Shown: positions 55,007-63,458, counted from the stretch's first letter. The stretch is DNA of 64,000 nucleotides from a virus (IMGVR_UViG_3300025013_000002:1-64000); one strand, 5' to 3'. Translations and numbers: made by a program. The notes: generated by a model from the sequence alone, not told the origin.

Positions 55007-55679
55007 CTCAAGGTCGAGCTACGATCCGCGCCCTGGACCTGCAGGGCACCTCTTTTGCTCCATCTAAAGACTGCGAACATCCGTTTGCAGAGTTTAGAAA
55101 ATGTGAAATATCACTTTTATTTGTTCCATTATGTAACACATCCTGGATGAAATGTGAATTTTCATATTTTCTAAATAGAGCGGGACCGGCTCGATGCTTT
55201 GGGCCGGTCCCGCTTTGTTGCCTCAAAAATGTGAACTTCACATTTTTAATGAGCTTTTCTTTAACCAGTGAACCGATTGCCTCATGCCTCGCCTTTCTTA
55301 TCAGCGACACAACTATTAGCAGGACGGTCAGTATCTGGCGTTTAAACGGCCCTTCTGTTTAGATGTATGGTAGCACCTCCCCCGCTTCTTATCTCTCGAC
55401 TATAAGGGGATATTCCGCCTTTCCAATCTGTTACCTTGTACCGTCAGGCAGACTCCCATAGTTGGGGCCTCTGTCTGCAGTCATTTGGATTGATACAAGT
55501 CAAGGATCGAACGCGCTAAATCTTGTGCTGATCCTGTCGGCAATAGGTGACAGGTTCTAAGGTTTCGTGCCCTATAGCGGGACACTACTTTCTCCGTTTG
55601 GCATTTTGCTAGAATGCCTGTACAGGTGTCAAGCTGTACACGTCATGCCTCAATAGTCTCAATGAGCGGGGAAATGATA

Positions 55680-55740
55680 CAAGGGTCTTGCTCTGTAGCT
55701 TCTAGATCCTACACCTAGAAGCTACAGAGCAAGACCCTTG
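55680..55740. repeat. perfect 26-bp inverted repeat with 9-nt loop
   Basis: CAAGGGTCTTGCTCTGTAGCTTCTAG-atcctacac-CTAGAAGCTACAGAGCAAGACCCTTG. Confidence 0.9.
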
Positions 55741-55765
55741 CCGGTTAGGGCAAGGGCCTTTGGCG

Positions 55766-56200
55766 CTAGGCAGAGGCACCGGCCTTTTTAGCCTCTTTCA
55801 TGGCTTTTTCCAGAGCTGCGAAAAGCCCCTCATTCCCTGCACATTTCGTCATGACGGCCTTAACGTAGCTGTCAACGTTGAACTCTTTGGTGCAGTTGGA
55901 GTTATCACCGCTGTTCCTGATGAAGTCATACAGCCTCTTGAGGAAGCGCCCACACTCGCCTTTGTCCTGAATAGCCTCGGTGTATTTCTCGGGAACGTCG
56001 CGGCCAGCCTGCAGCATGGCGTTGTGTACCGTGTGAACGTAGCCGGTTGCCTTTTCCGGCACGCCGAAGTGCGTTTCGATGGTGGAGATGGTATCCATCA
56101 TGCGGGTCTGTTGCGAGGCGTAGGCTTTGCTCTCTGCGTCAACGGTTTTCAGAATGGCGGTTCTAGCTTTGATACCCATGGACTCGATTTGCTTTTTCAT
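55766..56200 (-). CDS. hypothetical protein, first gene of the leftward transcription unit
   Basis: ATG 56200 after AAGGGG, downstream of a TTGACT-17-TATAAC promoter. Confidence 0.65.
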   Translation of the reverse strand: MKKQIESMGIKARTAILKTVDAESKAYASQQTRMMDTISTIETHFGVPEKATGYVHTVHNAMLQAGRDVPEKYTEAIQDKGECGRFLKRLYDFIRNSGDNSNCTKEFNVDSYVKAVMTKCAGNEGLFAALEKAMKEAKKAGASA

Positions 56201-56284
56201 GATATACCCCTTTGGCCTATGGCCGGTTGTGGTGCAAGGCACCGTGTATGCTTCCCAGGTGAGCCGTTCGTTCATGTTGATACA

Positions 56285-56313
56285 GTTATAACAGCTACCT
56301 TGTTTCAAGTCAA
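56285..56313 (-). promoter_or_regulatory. leftward sigma70-type promoter
   Basis: TTGACT-17 nt-TATAAC with AT-rich UP region. Confidence 0.7.
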
Positions 56314-56392
56314 CACTATTTTTCACATTTATTTTAAAATAATTATTCTTGTGTAAAACAAGGTACTTAGGCTGTTAATTCATATTAGGTAG

Positions 56393-56500
56393 CTCCCCTC
56401 GGTCGATCCCTACGACCTCCCCTCGGTCGATCCCTACGACCTCCCCTCGGTCGATCCCTACGACCTCCCCTCGGTCGATCCCTACGACCTCCCCTCGGTC
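56393..56500. repeat. perfect tandem repeat, 24 bp x 4.5
   Basis: Unit CTCCCCTCGGTCGATCCCTACGAC at 56393, 56417, 56441, 56465 plus a half copy at 56489. Confidence 0.97.
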
Positions 56501-56571
56501 ACTGGGGGCGGGGTGAAAGTTTTAATGAGAGCCAGGCTCCCTTACCCATTCACACACACGCTACGAGTTAA

Positions 56572-56625
56572 AATTCAGATGTACATACTTTTATCTTGAC
56601 ACGTAGCGAGTAAAGTGTTAAGGTT
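56572..56625 (+). promoter_or_regulatory. rightward sigma70-type promoter
   Basis: Degenerate motif A, then TTGACA at 56596 and a TAAGGT-type -10. Confidence 0.55.
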
Positions 56626-56654
56626 CAATACAGGCAAAACAAAGGAGAAATAAA

Positions 56655-56981
56655 ATGGAACGAGTAAAAATTGGAGATAAATTTCACGCTTGGACAGTGA
56701 TAGCAGGCCCCATCATGAAGGGCAAAGGTCTCAAGTATTGGACATGCCAATGTGCTTGTGGGACTCAGAAGGAGATCCAGCAGTACTCCCTACTGAATGA
56801 CCGCACCCATAGTTGTGGGTGCCAGAAGGTTTTCTCCGAGGAAACTAGAAAGCTCCTGTCCGAACTCAGGAAACAGCGGCCCGCCCCAAGAGCTAAGGGG
56901 TTCACCCAGACTGAAGAGACGAGGGCGAAGATAAGCCAGGGTGCCAAACAAAGGTGGGAGGAGAGGAAGGCGCAGCCATGA
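56655..56981 (+). CDS. NUMOD3-containing DNA-binding protein (homing-endonuclease-derived, no nuclease domain)
   Basis: W.CQCACG...THSCGC domain plus two SEETR.LLS/TEETRAKIS repeats. Confidence 0.7.
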   Translation: MERVKIGDKFHAWTVIAGPIMKGKGLKYWTCQCACGTQKEIQQYSLLNDRTHSCGCQKVFSEETRKLLSELRKQRPAPRAKGFTQTEETRAKISQGAKQRWEERKAQP

Positions 56982-57155
56982 CCCTACCCTACCTGCTTCG
57001 CACTGTTACCAGGGGTTCTACTCAAATTAGCCCACAGGGTTCCTCAATCCAGCCTGCTTCGCACTGATCCTGACCGGTACCTGTGGTCCAACTAGACGAG
57101 CCTGTGGCTGCACCGGGATAAACAAAATACCAGCGCCAACCCAAGAGGAGTTAAA

Positions 57156-57536
57156 ATGAAGACGATCATACGGAATCACCCAGCAACTTCCCAGGAAGCT
57201 ATCCAGTTCACCCAGCACCTCCTCCAGTCCTTCCCCATCACCACCAGAAGGCAGATCACCATCGAGTTCAGGTCTACTAACTCTATTGGGAGGGGGAATT
57301 GGGGCATGGCGCACGATTACAAATTCAACAACACGCTCTTTCTGGAACTGGCCCTTGGGACTTCCAAGGAACGCAGAGATCTCCAGGATCTCCTCCACAC
57401 AATTGCCCACGAGTACTGCCACGCGCTCCAATACGACCAGGAGAAGCCTGCATCCTGCACTGAGGCGGACCTCTTCGGAGACAAAGAGGTGCCCAAGTTT
57501 CTGGAGGAGAACCTGCGGATGAAAAAGGCTGCTTAA
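57156..57536 (+). CDS. HExxH zinc metallopeptidase-like protein
   Basis: LLHTIAHEYCHALQY...EAD.F. Confidence 0.7.
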   Translation: MKTIIRNHPATSQEAIQFTQHLLQSFPITTRRQITIEFRSTNSIGRGNWGMAHDYKFNNTLFLELALGTSKERRDLQDLLHTIAHEYCHALQYDQEKPASCTEADLFGDKEVPKFLEENLRMKKAA

Positions 57537-57770
57537 AATTTAACAGGAGGAACAAATGACCAAAATTTACTACGAGATCGACATCACCAAGGCACCGGTA
57601 GGACCGCCTGTGCGCTTATTTAGGGAAGGCTTCGATACGCGCCGTCTGAATGAAGAGCGCCTGGAGGACTACTACCGGTACATTGAGGAGTTCAAGAGGC
57701 AGCGGGAGTTAGCCCGGTCCAAACCCAGCAGCTAGAGCACCTCTCCCCTATTGTACCTGGGGTAATGCTC

Positions 57771-57829
57771 CATATATGATACGTTAAGCCTAAAAATATG
57801 ACTTAATGATTCATATTTGATACGTTAAG
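57771..57829. repeat. 18-bp direct repeat pair
   Basis: CATATATGATACGTTAAG (57771) and CATATTTGATACGTTAAG (57812). Confidence 0.75.
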
Positions 57830-57980
57830 AGGGCAAAAGTAATGTGGGATTTGAACCGGAGGTTGGATTTTGGGATTGCTAAAATTTTGGGGATGTGGGT
57901 TCAGAAAGGATATACTTTGGGGAAATGCAAAAATGTCAACTAATGGTTTACAAATTTGTGGATTTTCAATTTGTTACCTA

Positions 57981-58044
57981 GCGAACCACAGGTTTCCTCA
58001 GGTGGATCGCTTCGCGGGAGAACATGAGGAAACCTGTGGTTCGC
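57981..58044. repeat. hairpin element C, copy 2
   Basis: GCGAACCACAGGTTTCCTCA-24 nt-TGAGGAAACCTGTGGTTCGC. Confidence 0.85.
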
Positions 58045-58159
58045 CTAAGCCGTGCTCTTGTGGTCCCAGTAACGTTAAGCAAAATTTACAAAACCTACCT
58101 GAAATGTAAATTTTATTTTACGATAGCCACTTTAAAATTCACGCAGCGAAGCGAAGTGC

Positions 58160-58209
58160 ATTCACATCTGAATTTTTCTCTTGACAAATATTCAGAAGTG
58201 AATTACGAT
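58160..58209 (+). promoter_or_regulatory. sigma70-type promoter with two motif-A operators
   Basis: ATTCACATCTGAATT-6 nt-TTGACA-17 nt (containing ATTCAGAAGTGAAT)-TACGAT. Confidence 0.8.
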
Positions 58210-58297
58210 GCAGTTCAACAAGAGGTCTGCCTGCCGCTAACGGGAGAGGCCTTTTGTTTTAGCAGGACAAATTCAGATGTGAATTAAGGAGACCATT

Positions 58298-58558
58298 TTG
58301 ACCGTTAAAGAGTTGATCGAGGAACTGAAGGACCTGCCGCAGGACGCTGAGATAATCATGCAGAAAGACACCGAGGGGAATGGCTACAGCCCTTTGTCTG
58401 TAGTTGATCCAGACGCGATTTACGTTCCGGACAGCACCTGGAGCGGAGATGTTTATTCGCTGGATTGGACAGCGGAGGATTGCTGTTTGCAGGAGGACGA
58501 CTGGGAGGAAATGAAGGCCAACCATCCGAGGTGCGTAGTTCTGGCACCAATAAATTAA
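58298..58558 (+). CDS. MTVKELIE.L-type small phage protein
   Basis: MTVKELIEELKDLPQDAEI...DTEGNGYSPL. Confidence 0.75.
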   Translation: MTVKELIEELKDLPQDAEIIMQKDTEGNGYSPLSVVDPDAIYVPDSTWSGDVYSLDWTAEDCCLQEDDWEEMKANHPRCVVLAPIN

Positions 58559-58568
58559 GGAGAACATT

Positions 58569-59045
58569 TTGACGATCACGATCAAAGAAAGTAAGACAGC
58601 GGATTCCCGGACCTGCGGAGATCCGACGAAGGTGACCAAGGAAATCTTGGTCGCTTCCACAGTGCAGCACATCGAGGACGTAGGGAAGGGCATCGAGTTT
58701 ATTCAGGGAGCCTTAGGCGAGGCCATAAAGTGGCACGACTTCGACAAACTGACCTGCCTCGACCAATTCCACTCCGACTTCCAGACGGGTTTTAGTGAGC
58801 ATAGCTGGTGGGACTCCCACAAGATCTGCTCCAGGCACCATCTTTTAACTGAAGAAGGTGTGCCAGAAGACGTTGACCTGATCGACGTGCTGGAGTTCAT
58901 CGTCGATTGTGTCATGGCGGGGATGGCTCGAAGCGGAGCTGTTTATGACTTGGAGCTTCCAGATGAACTGCTGCAGCGAGCCTTTAGGAACACGGTGGAC
59001 CTTTTAAAGGACGCGGTGGTGGTGGAGGTCTCCGATGAGCCTTAA
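58569..59045 (+). CDS. HD-like (DUF5662-type) protein
   Basis: HIEDV...HDFDK...H....RHH...DLIDVLE..VD...A. Confidence 0.65.
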   Translation: MTITIKESKTADSRTCGDPTKVTKEILVASTVQHIEDVGKGIEFIQGALGEAIKWHDFDKLTCLDQFHSDFQTGFSEHSWWDSHKICSRHHLLTEEGVPEDVDLIDVLEFIVDCVMAGMARSGAVYDLELPDELLQRAFRNTVDLLKDAVVVEVSDEP

Positions 59046-59367
59046 GCCCTACTGGGTCAAGCACCCGGTTCAACTTCGTCTAGCAGCATTACTCGCGATC
59101 CTGACTTCACCGCTCGCGGTTTGCTGGTTCGTCTGCGAGAGCATTTGGGAGCAGCGTGGCGGTATTGCTAGAGCCTACAAGGAAGCTTGGGGCTACGTGA
59201 TTAAGGGAGGTGGGTGATGTTTCAATTGGCAGATTTTTTATTTATAACATCGGGCGCCACCATCGTGGGTTTTTGAGACCAACTGGATGCTAGGCATCGC
59301 GACTTGGCTCATAGCAACTGCCTGCAAGTCAGGCAGCAACTACAGATAAAATAAAAGGAGATCAAAA

Positions 59368-59748
59368 ATGGAATGGTATCACGTTTATTTGTTCACGAGG
59401 TTGGATGGTCTGAGTGGTGCGTTTTGTTTTTCTGGGATTTTGTTGGGCGTCATCACGGTGATAGCTTTAGCTTTCCTGCCCATTTTAGCCCACGAGGTGG
59501 AGGACACAGCAATCCTCAAAAAGATTTATGGCGTGCTTGTCGGGACCGCCCTCTTCTTCAGCGCAGGCGCCCTAGCAATCCCAACTCAAAAAGAAGCAGC
59601 CGCGATTTACCTGCTGCCGAAGCTGGCAAAGTCCGAGTTCGCTTCTGAGGCATCGAAGATTCCTACGGACGCTGCTAAGCTTTTGAGGTTGAAGCTGGAG
59701 CAGTACATCGCGGACATCGACCCGGTGAAGGAGGCAGAGAAGAAATGA
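59368..59748 (+). CDS. membrane protein
   Basis: Y..TRLD, two hydrophobic segments, IPT.KEAAAIY.LP. Confidence 0.7.
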   Translation: MEWYHVYLFTRLDGLSGAFCFSGILLGVITVIALAFLPILAHEVEDTAILKKIYGVLVGTALFFSAGALAIPTQKEAAAIYLLPKLAKSEFASEASKIPTDAAKLLRLKLEQYIADIDPVKEAEKK

Positions 59749-60536
59749 TCTGGCTTATAAGATTTGGATTGGGCACGGCTTATTTCGGGTTCGCTTGGTG
59801 CGGAGTAGTTTTTTACCTGGATATGCTCTGCGGCAAATATGGCCTCGCCCTGTCGATGCTTTTGTGCCTCGCAATCAACGCTGTTAATGTCGCGCTGTAC
59901 CACAAGATGTTAGGCGAGGAGGCCCAAAAGTGACCAAATGTACTTGGGTCGATTGCCTTGCTCAAGGAATCAACCCACAGTTTTCTAAAGATGGCGAAGA
60001 GTGGGCCTGCCTGTGCGACGAGCATCACGAGAAGTTGGAAGGGGTGTTGGAATCGGCGAGGAGAGTAGGTTCGGACGCGGTGCTGCCCACTTGGGCCAAT
60101 ATTTTAGACGTGTGGGCTAAAGCTCAGGGTGGGGCTGCGGAAGCGGCGAGGAGGATTTGAGATGACCCACATCGAAAAAGAAGTAATGGAAAAGATAAAG
60201 GACGAGCCTTGGTTTGAGGGGCGGGATTGTCAGTACGAAAACTGTGCCTCTCACGGGTGTGAAGACTGTACCCACGATAGCAAAGATTACGCAGGCTGCA
60301 CCTACTGCTCTGACGGAATTTGTCAGTGGAAACAAGCATAGGAGCTAAAAAAAAATGGAACCCCACAATTTCGTCAAGCTCTATCGAAGCATACCTTGGC
60401 TGGTTTGCAGCAAATGTGGGCTCGTAAGACTCAGGAACCCGTTCACCGATTGGTGCGTCCGGAATGGCTGCGATGCAGACGAGAGACCGGACTACAAGAA
60501 AATGCGAGATAAATTAACTCGACAGGAGGTTTAAAA

Positions 60537-60836
60537 ATGGAAGTGATTTGTGATCACGGTAAGGAGAGTTGCGGGAGTTGTATACACAGCGCACCGCATG
60601 AAAGGTATATAATTGGTTGCAGTTGCGAGACCTGTGGTAGCACAGGTGAATGGGTCCAATGCATTCCGGTCGAGGCTAAAAAGGACTGCGACAACCTGCT
60701 GGGGAGGCTCAAGGGTCAGATCGAAAAGATAGCCGAGAACACCCCATACAAGAACGAGGTGGATGTAGCGGGGCGCCTGCTGGGGAACCAGATGGTTATC
60801 ATGGAAGCTCTTGTGGCTTTGCTGGAGGCGAGATGA
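60537..60836 (+). CDS. Cys-rich hypothetical protein
   Basis: AGGAGG RBS. Confidence 0.6.
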   Translation: MEVICDHGKESCGSCIHSAPHERYIIGCSCETCGSTGEWVQCIPVEAKKDCDNLLGRLKGQIEKIAENTPYKNEVDVAGRLLGNQMVIMEALVALLEAR

Positions 60837-61099
60837 GTTGGACTGACTGCGTTTGTGTCGAAAACGAGAACCACAACGGTGAATACGCCGAGTGCCTCAT
60901 GTGTGAGATCGAGCGACTAGGTGAATACGCCGAGGACTTGAGTAGTGAGGTCGAGAGGAGTCACGAGGAGAACCGGCTTCTAAGAGACCAGGTTGCTCGG
61001 CTGCAGGCCTCAACAGGTGCATCTGTGATGCGCGGGAAGAACCAGAGGATTGAGGCGTTGGAGGAGCAGATAGAGGAACTCAGGATTCTTGCGTTTTAA
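60833..61099 (+). CDS. coiled-coil hypothetical protein
   Basis: ATGA overlap with the previous gene. Confidence 0.6.
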   Translation: MSWTDCVCVENENHNGEYAECLMCEIERLGEYAEDLSSEVERSHEENRLLRDQVARLQASTGASVMRGKNQRIEALEEQIEELRILAF

Positions 61100-61130
61100 C
61101 AAATTCAGATGTGAATTCAAAGGAGATAAT

Positions 61131-61781
61131 TTGAGCAGAGGAGAAAAGCTCCGGGTCTTAGTTGCCTGTGAGTACAGCGGAATTGTTCGCGATGCCTTTA
61201 TCGCAAGAGGACACGACGCAATGAGTTGCGACCTGCTTCCAACTGAGAAGCTCGGTCCACATTACCAAGGAGATGTTCGGGACATTCTCGATCAGGGCTG
61301 GGACCTACTGATCGCCCACCCAGACTGCACGTACATAACCAGCAGCGCGGAGTGGGCCTACGGCGATGGCCCTTACCACCAGAAGGTTAAGCCCGAGACC
61401 TTAGTTGGTGCTGCTAGGAGGGCCGCGAGGGAGGATGCGCTTGATTTCGTCAGGCTGCTTCTCGCTGCGCCGATCTGTATGAAGTGCATCGAGAACCCTG
61501 CACGGGGGGCCATTAATACGAGGGTCAGGAAGCCGGATCAAATCATCCAGCCTTGGCAGTTCGGTCACGACGCGAGCAAGGCGACTGGGCTCTGGCTTGA
61601 GGAGCTTCCTCACTTGTTGCCGACTTGTTTGGTGCTTCCTCGAATGGTAGGGGCGCTCCCGAGGTGGGGCAATCAGACGGACAGTGGGCAGAACAAGCTG
61701 ACTCCGGGAAAAGACAGATGGAAAGAACGAGCCCGCACCTACCAAGGTTGGGCTGACGCTATGGCGGATCAATGGGGATAA
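61131..61781 (+). CDS. short C5-cytosine-methyltransferase-like protein
   Basis: RVLVACEYSG.VRDAF, SCDL, GDV, AHPDC, IENP, QP.QFG...K.T.LW; TTG start after AAGGAG and motif A. Confidence 0.75.
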   Translation: MSRGEKLRVLVACEYSGIVRDAFIARGHDAMSCDLLPTEKLGPHYQGDVRDILDQGWDLLIAHPDCTYITSSAEWAYGDGPYHQKVKPETLVGAARRAAREDALDFVRLLLAAPICMKCIENPARGAINTRVRKPDQIIQPWQFGHDASKATGLWLEELPHLLPTCLVLPRMVGALPRWGNQTDSGQNKLTPGKDRWKERARTYQGWADAMADQWG

Positions 61782-61792
61782 GGAGCTAGAAA

Positions 61793-62185
61793 ATGTCAAG
61801 TTTTACGAAGCAGGGCCTTTCTTTAAACGAAGGTGACAAGGTGAAGTGGGATGGTCTCCCGGCACTGGTTGTAGCGGTAGCTGAGGAGGACACGGAGTGC
61901 CCGTACAGGGTATTCAGCGAAGGACACGAGGTGTCCGGGTGGGTGAGTGGGGAGGTGCTGGAGTTGGTGGAGATGGCTACCTACGAAGAGTTCCTGAACG
62001 AGGAACTTTTAAAGGTCGGGGATTTTGTGCGCACGCGACATGGAAGAGGGGTTTTAATCCAGATAGACCAGGATGACGACAGCATACCCTACTTTGTGGG
62101 CGTGTTTGGCTCAGAAGGGCGCTGGATTGAATATGACGAGGAAATCACCTTCATCTCCCGCCCTGACTACGGGGAGGTGGTTTAG
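61793..62185 (+). CDS. tandem SH3-like hypothetical protein
   Basis: EGDKV and KVGDFV repeats. Confidence 0.65.
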   Translation: MSSFTKQGLSLNEGDKVKWDGLPALVVAVAEEDTECPYRVFSEGHEVSGWVSGEVLELVEMATYEEFLNEELLKVGDFVRTRHGRGVLIQIDQDDDSIPYFVGVFGSEGRWIEYDEEITFISRPDYGEVV

Positions 62186-62674
62186 ATGAAACCTGAAATT
62201 GGGGATAAGGTTCGGGTAGATGATTGGTCGGGTCAGCACGAAGGGGTCGTGTTCAGGCTCCCGACAGAAACCGTTCCGGAATACTATGTGGGTCGTGAGA
62301 CTGGCTCTGTGATCTATACCAAAGAAGACAAAATCACAGTCCTTTTCAGGCCTCGTTACGAGTACGTCAACCAGAATCCGTTCAAGGTTGGCGACCTGGT
62401 GACTTGGTATGGCGAGAGGTGCTTGGTGGTTGGGCAGGTGGATGAGGGTGAGTGGAACTACCGAGTTTCTCGGCTGAACTACGAAGGGGATTTAACCTCT
62501 GTAAGGGAGCAGGATCTTACGCTGGTTCACGCCGCAGGGCATCCGGAGGAGAAGGTTTCGGTTCAGGACGTTGAGCCTGAAGGTTGGTACGGGTACCCGG
62601 ATGAGGTGCCTGTGGAAGAACCCAGCAAGCCCTTCAATTTTGAGGAGGTGTACGATGAGCCAATCCCATTTTAA
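62186..62674 (+). CDS. tandem SH3-like hypothetical protein
   Basis: IGDKVRV and FKVGDLV repeats; acidic tail. Confidence 0.65.
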   Translation: MKPEIGDKVRVDDWSGQHEGVVFRLPTETVPEYYVGRETGSVIYTKEDKITVLFRPRYEYVNQNPFKVGDLVTWYGERCLVVGQVDEGEWNYRVSRLNYEGDLTSVREQDLTLVHAAGHPEEKVSVQDVEPEGWYGYPDEVPVEEPSKPFNFEEVYDEPIPF

Positions 62675-62858
62675 CCTGCTTCCCTGCCCCTTCTGCGGCT
62701 CTCCTGCAGAACTGGATGTGATGGAAGACCACCACGGCGAGTACTTTAACTTGGGTTGCTTGGACAATGGATGCCCCGCTCGCTGGATCTACTACACGAC
62801 CGCCTCTGAGGATATCTCGGTCGAAGAAGCAGTTGCAAAATGGAACGGGAGGGTTTGA
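62655..62858 (+). CDS. Lar-family restriction-alleviation-like zinc-finger protein
   Basis: LLPCPFCG....C....C......EAVAKWNGR. Confidence 0.7.
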   Translation: MSQSHFNLLPCPFCGSPAELDVMEDHHGEYFNLGCLDNGCPARWIYYTTASEDISVEEAVAKWNGRV

Positions 62859-63032
62859 TGAGCGGAGACAGATTTTGCAACTGCGACTTCACCATCTCCC
62901 GCCTACAGGCCCAACTGGAGCTGGCTCACAAACGCGAGTCAGAGCTTGAGGAGTTGCTGAGGGAGGCCAAGGAATTAGCAGAAACCTACCGCGTTTTTAC
63001 GCGGAGAACAATTCAGACAAAAGGAGCAGAAA

Positions 63033-63458
63033 ATGTTTAGAGATGTGAAAGTAGGAGATCGAGTTTGGGATATCAGATTTGGGTGGGGCACAGTGAGGCA
63101 CGTAAGTCCTCTTGGGTTCTTCCCTCTTCATGTAGAAATGGACCTTCGTGACGAAGGCGAGGCTATTTTTGAGGAGTACACTTGGGAGGGCTACGTGATC
63201 CCGCAGCCACTCAACCCAACCCTCTTCTGGGACGAGATCGTAATCAAGGCGCCTGAGAAGCCTGTGAGGTTGGTCGAGAGAACGTTTGAGGGTTGGGTGA
63301 ATTTGTATGAGGTAGGCGACCCCTGTTTCCATAGTACCAAGAATGGAGCGGACCTTGCTGATTCTGGCAGGCTGGGTGTGTTCAGTGTGTCCTTGGTAAT
63401 CAAAGAAGTGCCTGAATGTGTTGCCCTGTGTCTGGAGGGCTTCAATGAACTCGCGTAA
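63033..63458 (+). CDS. hypothetical protein
   Basis: KVGDRVW..RFGWG.V...PTLFWDEI....P.KP pattern. Confidence 0.7.
   Translation: MFRDVKVGDRVWDIRFGWGTVRHVSPLGFFPLHVEMDLRDEGEAIFEEYTWEGYVIPQPLNPTLFWDEIVIKAPEKPVRLVERTFEGWVNLYEVGDPCFHSTKNGADLADSGRLGVFSVSLVIKEVPECVALCLEGFNELA

Noticed and set aside
46054-55245. Motif B as host CRP/FNR sites
   Set aside because: CRP needs TGTGA-N6-TCACA; here the spacer is 4 nt (once 3). A CRP-family variant cannot be fully excluded.
55540-55660. Hammerhead ribozyme in the second structured region
   Set aside because: A stem followed by GAAAC is present on the minus strand, but the CUGAnGA core is missing at the required position.
56393-56500. CRISPR array
   Set aside because: Units are directly abutting with no unique spacers, and there are no cas genes in the window.
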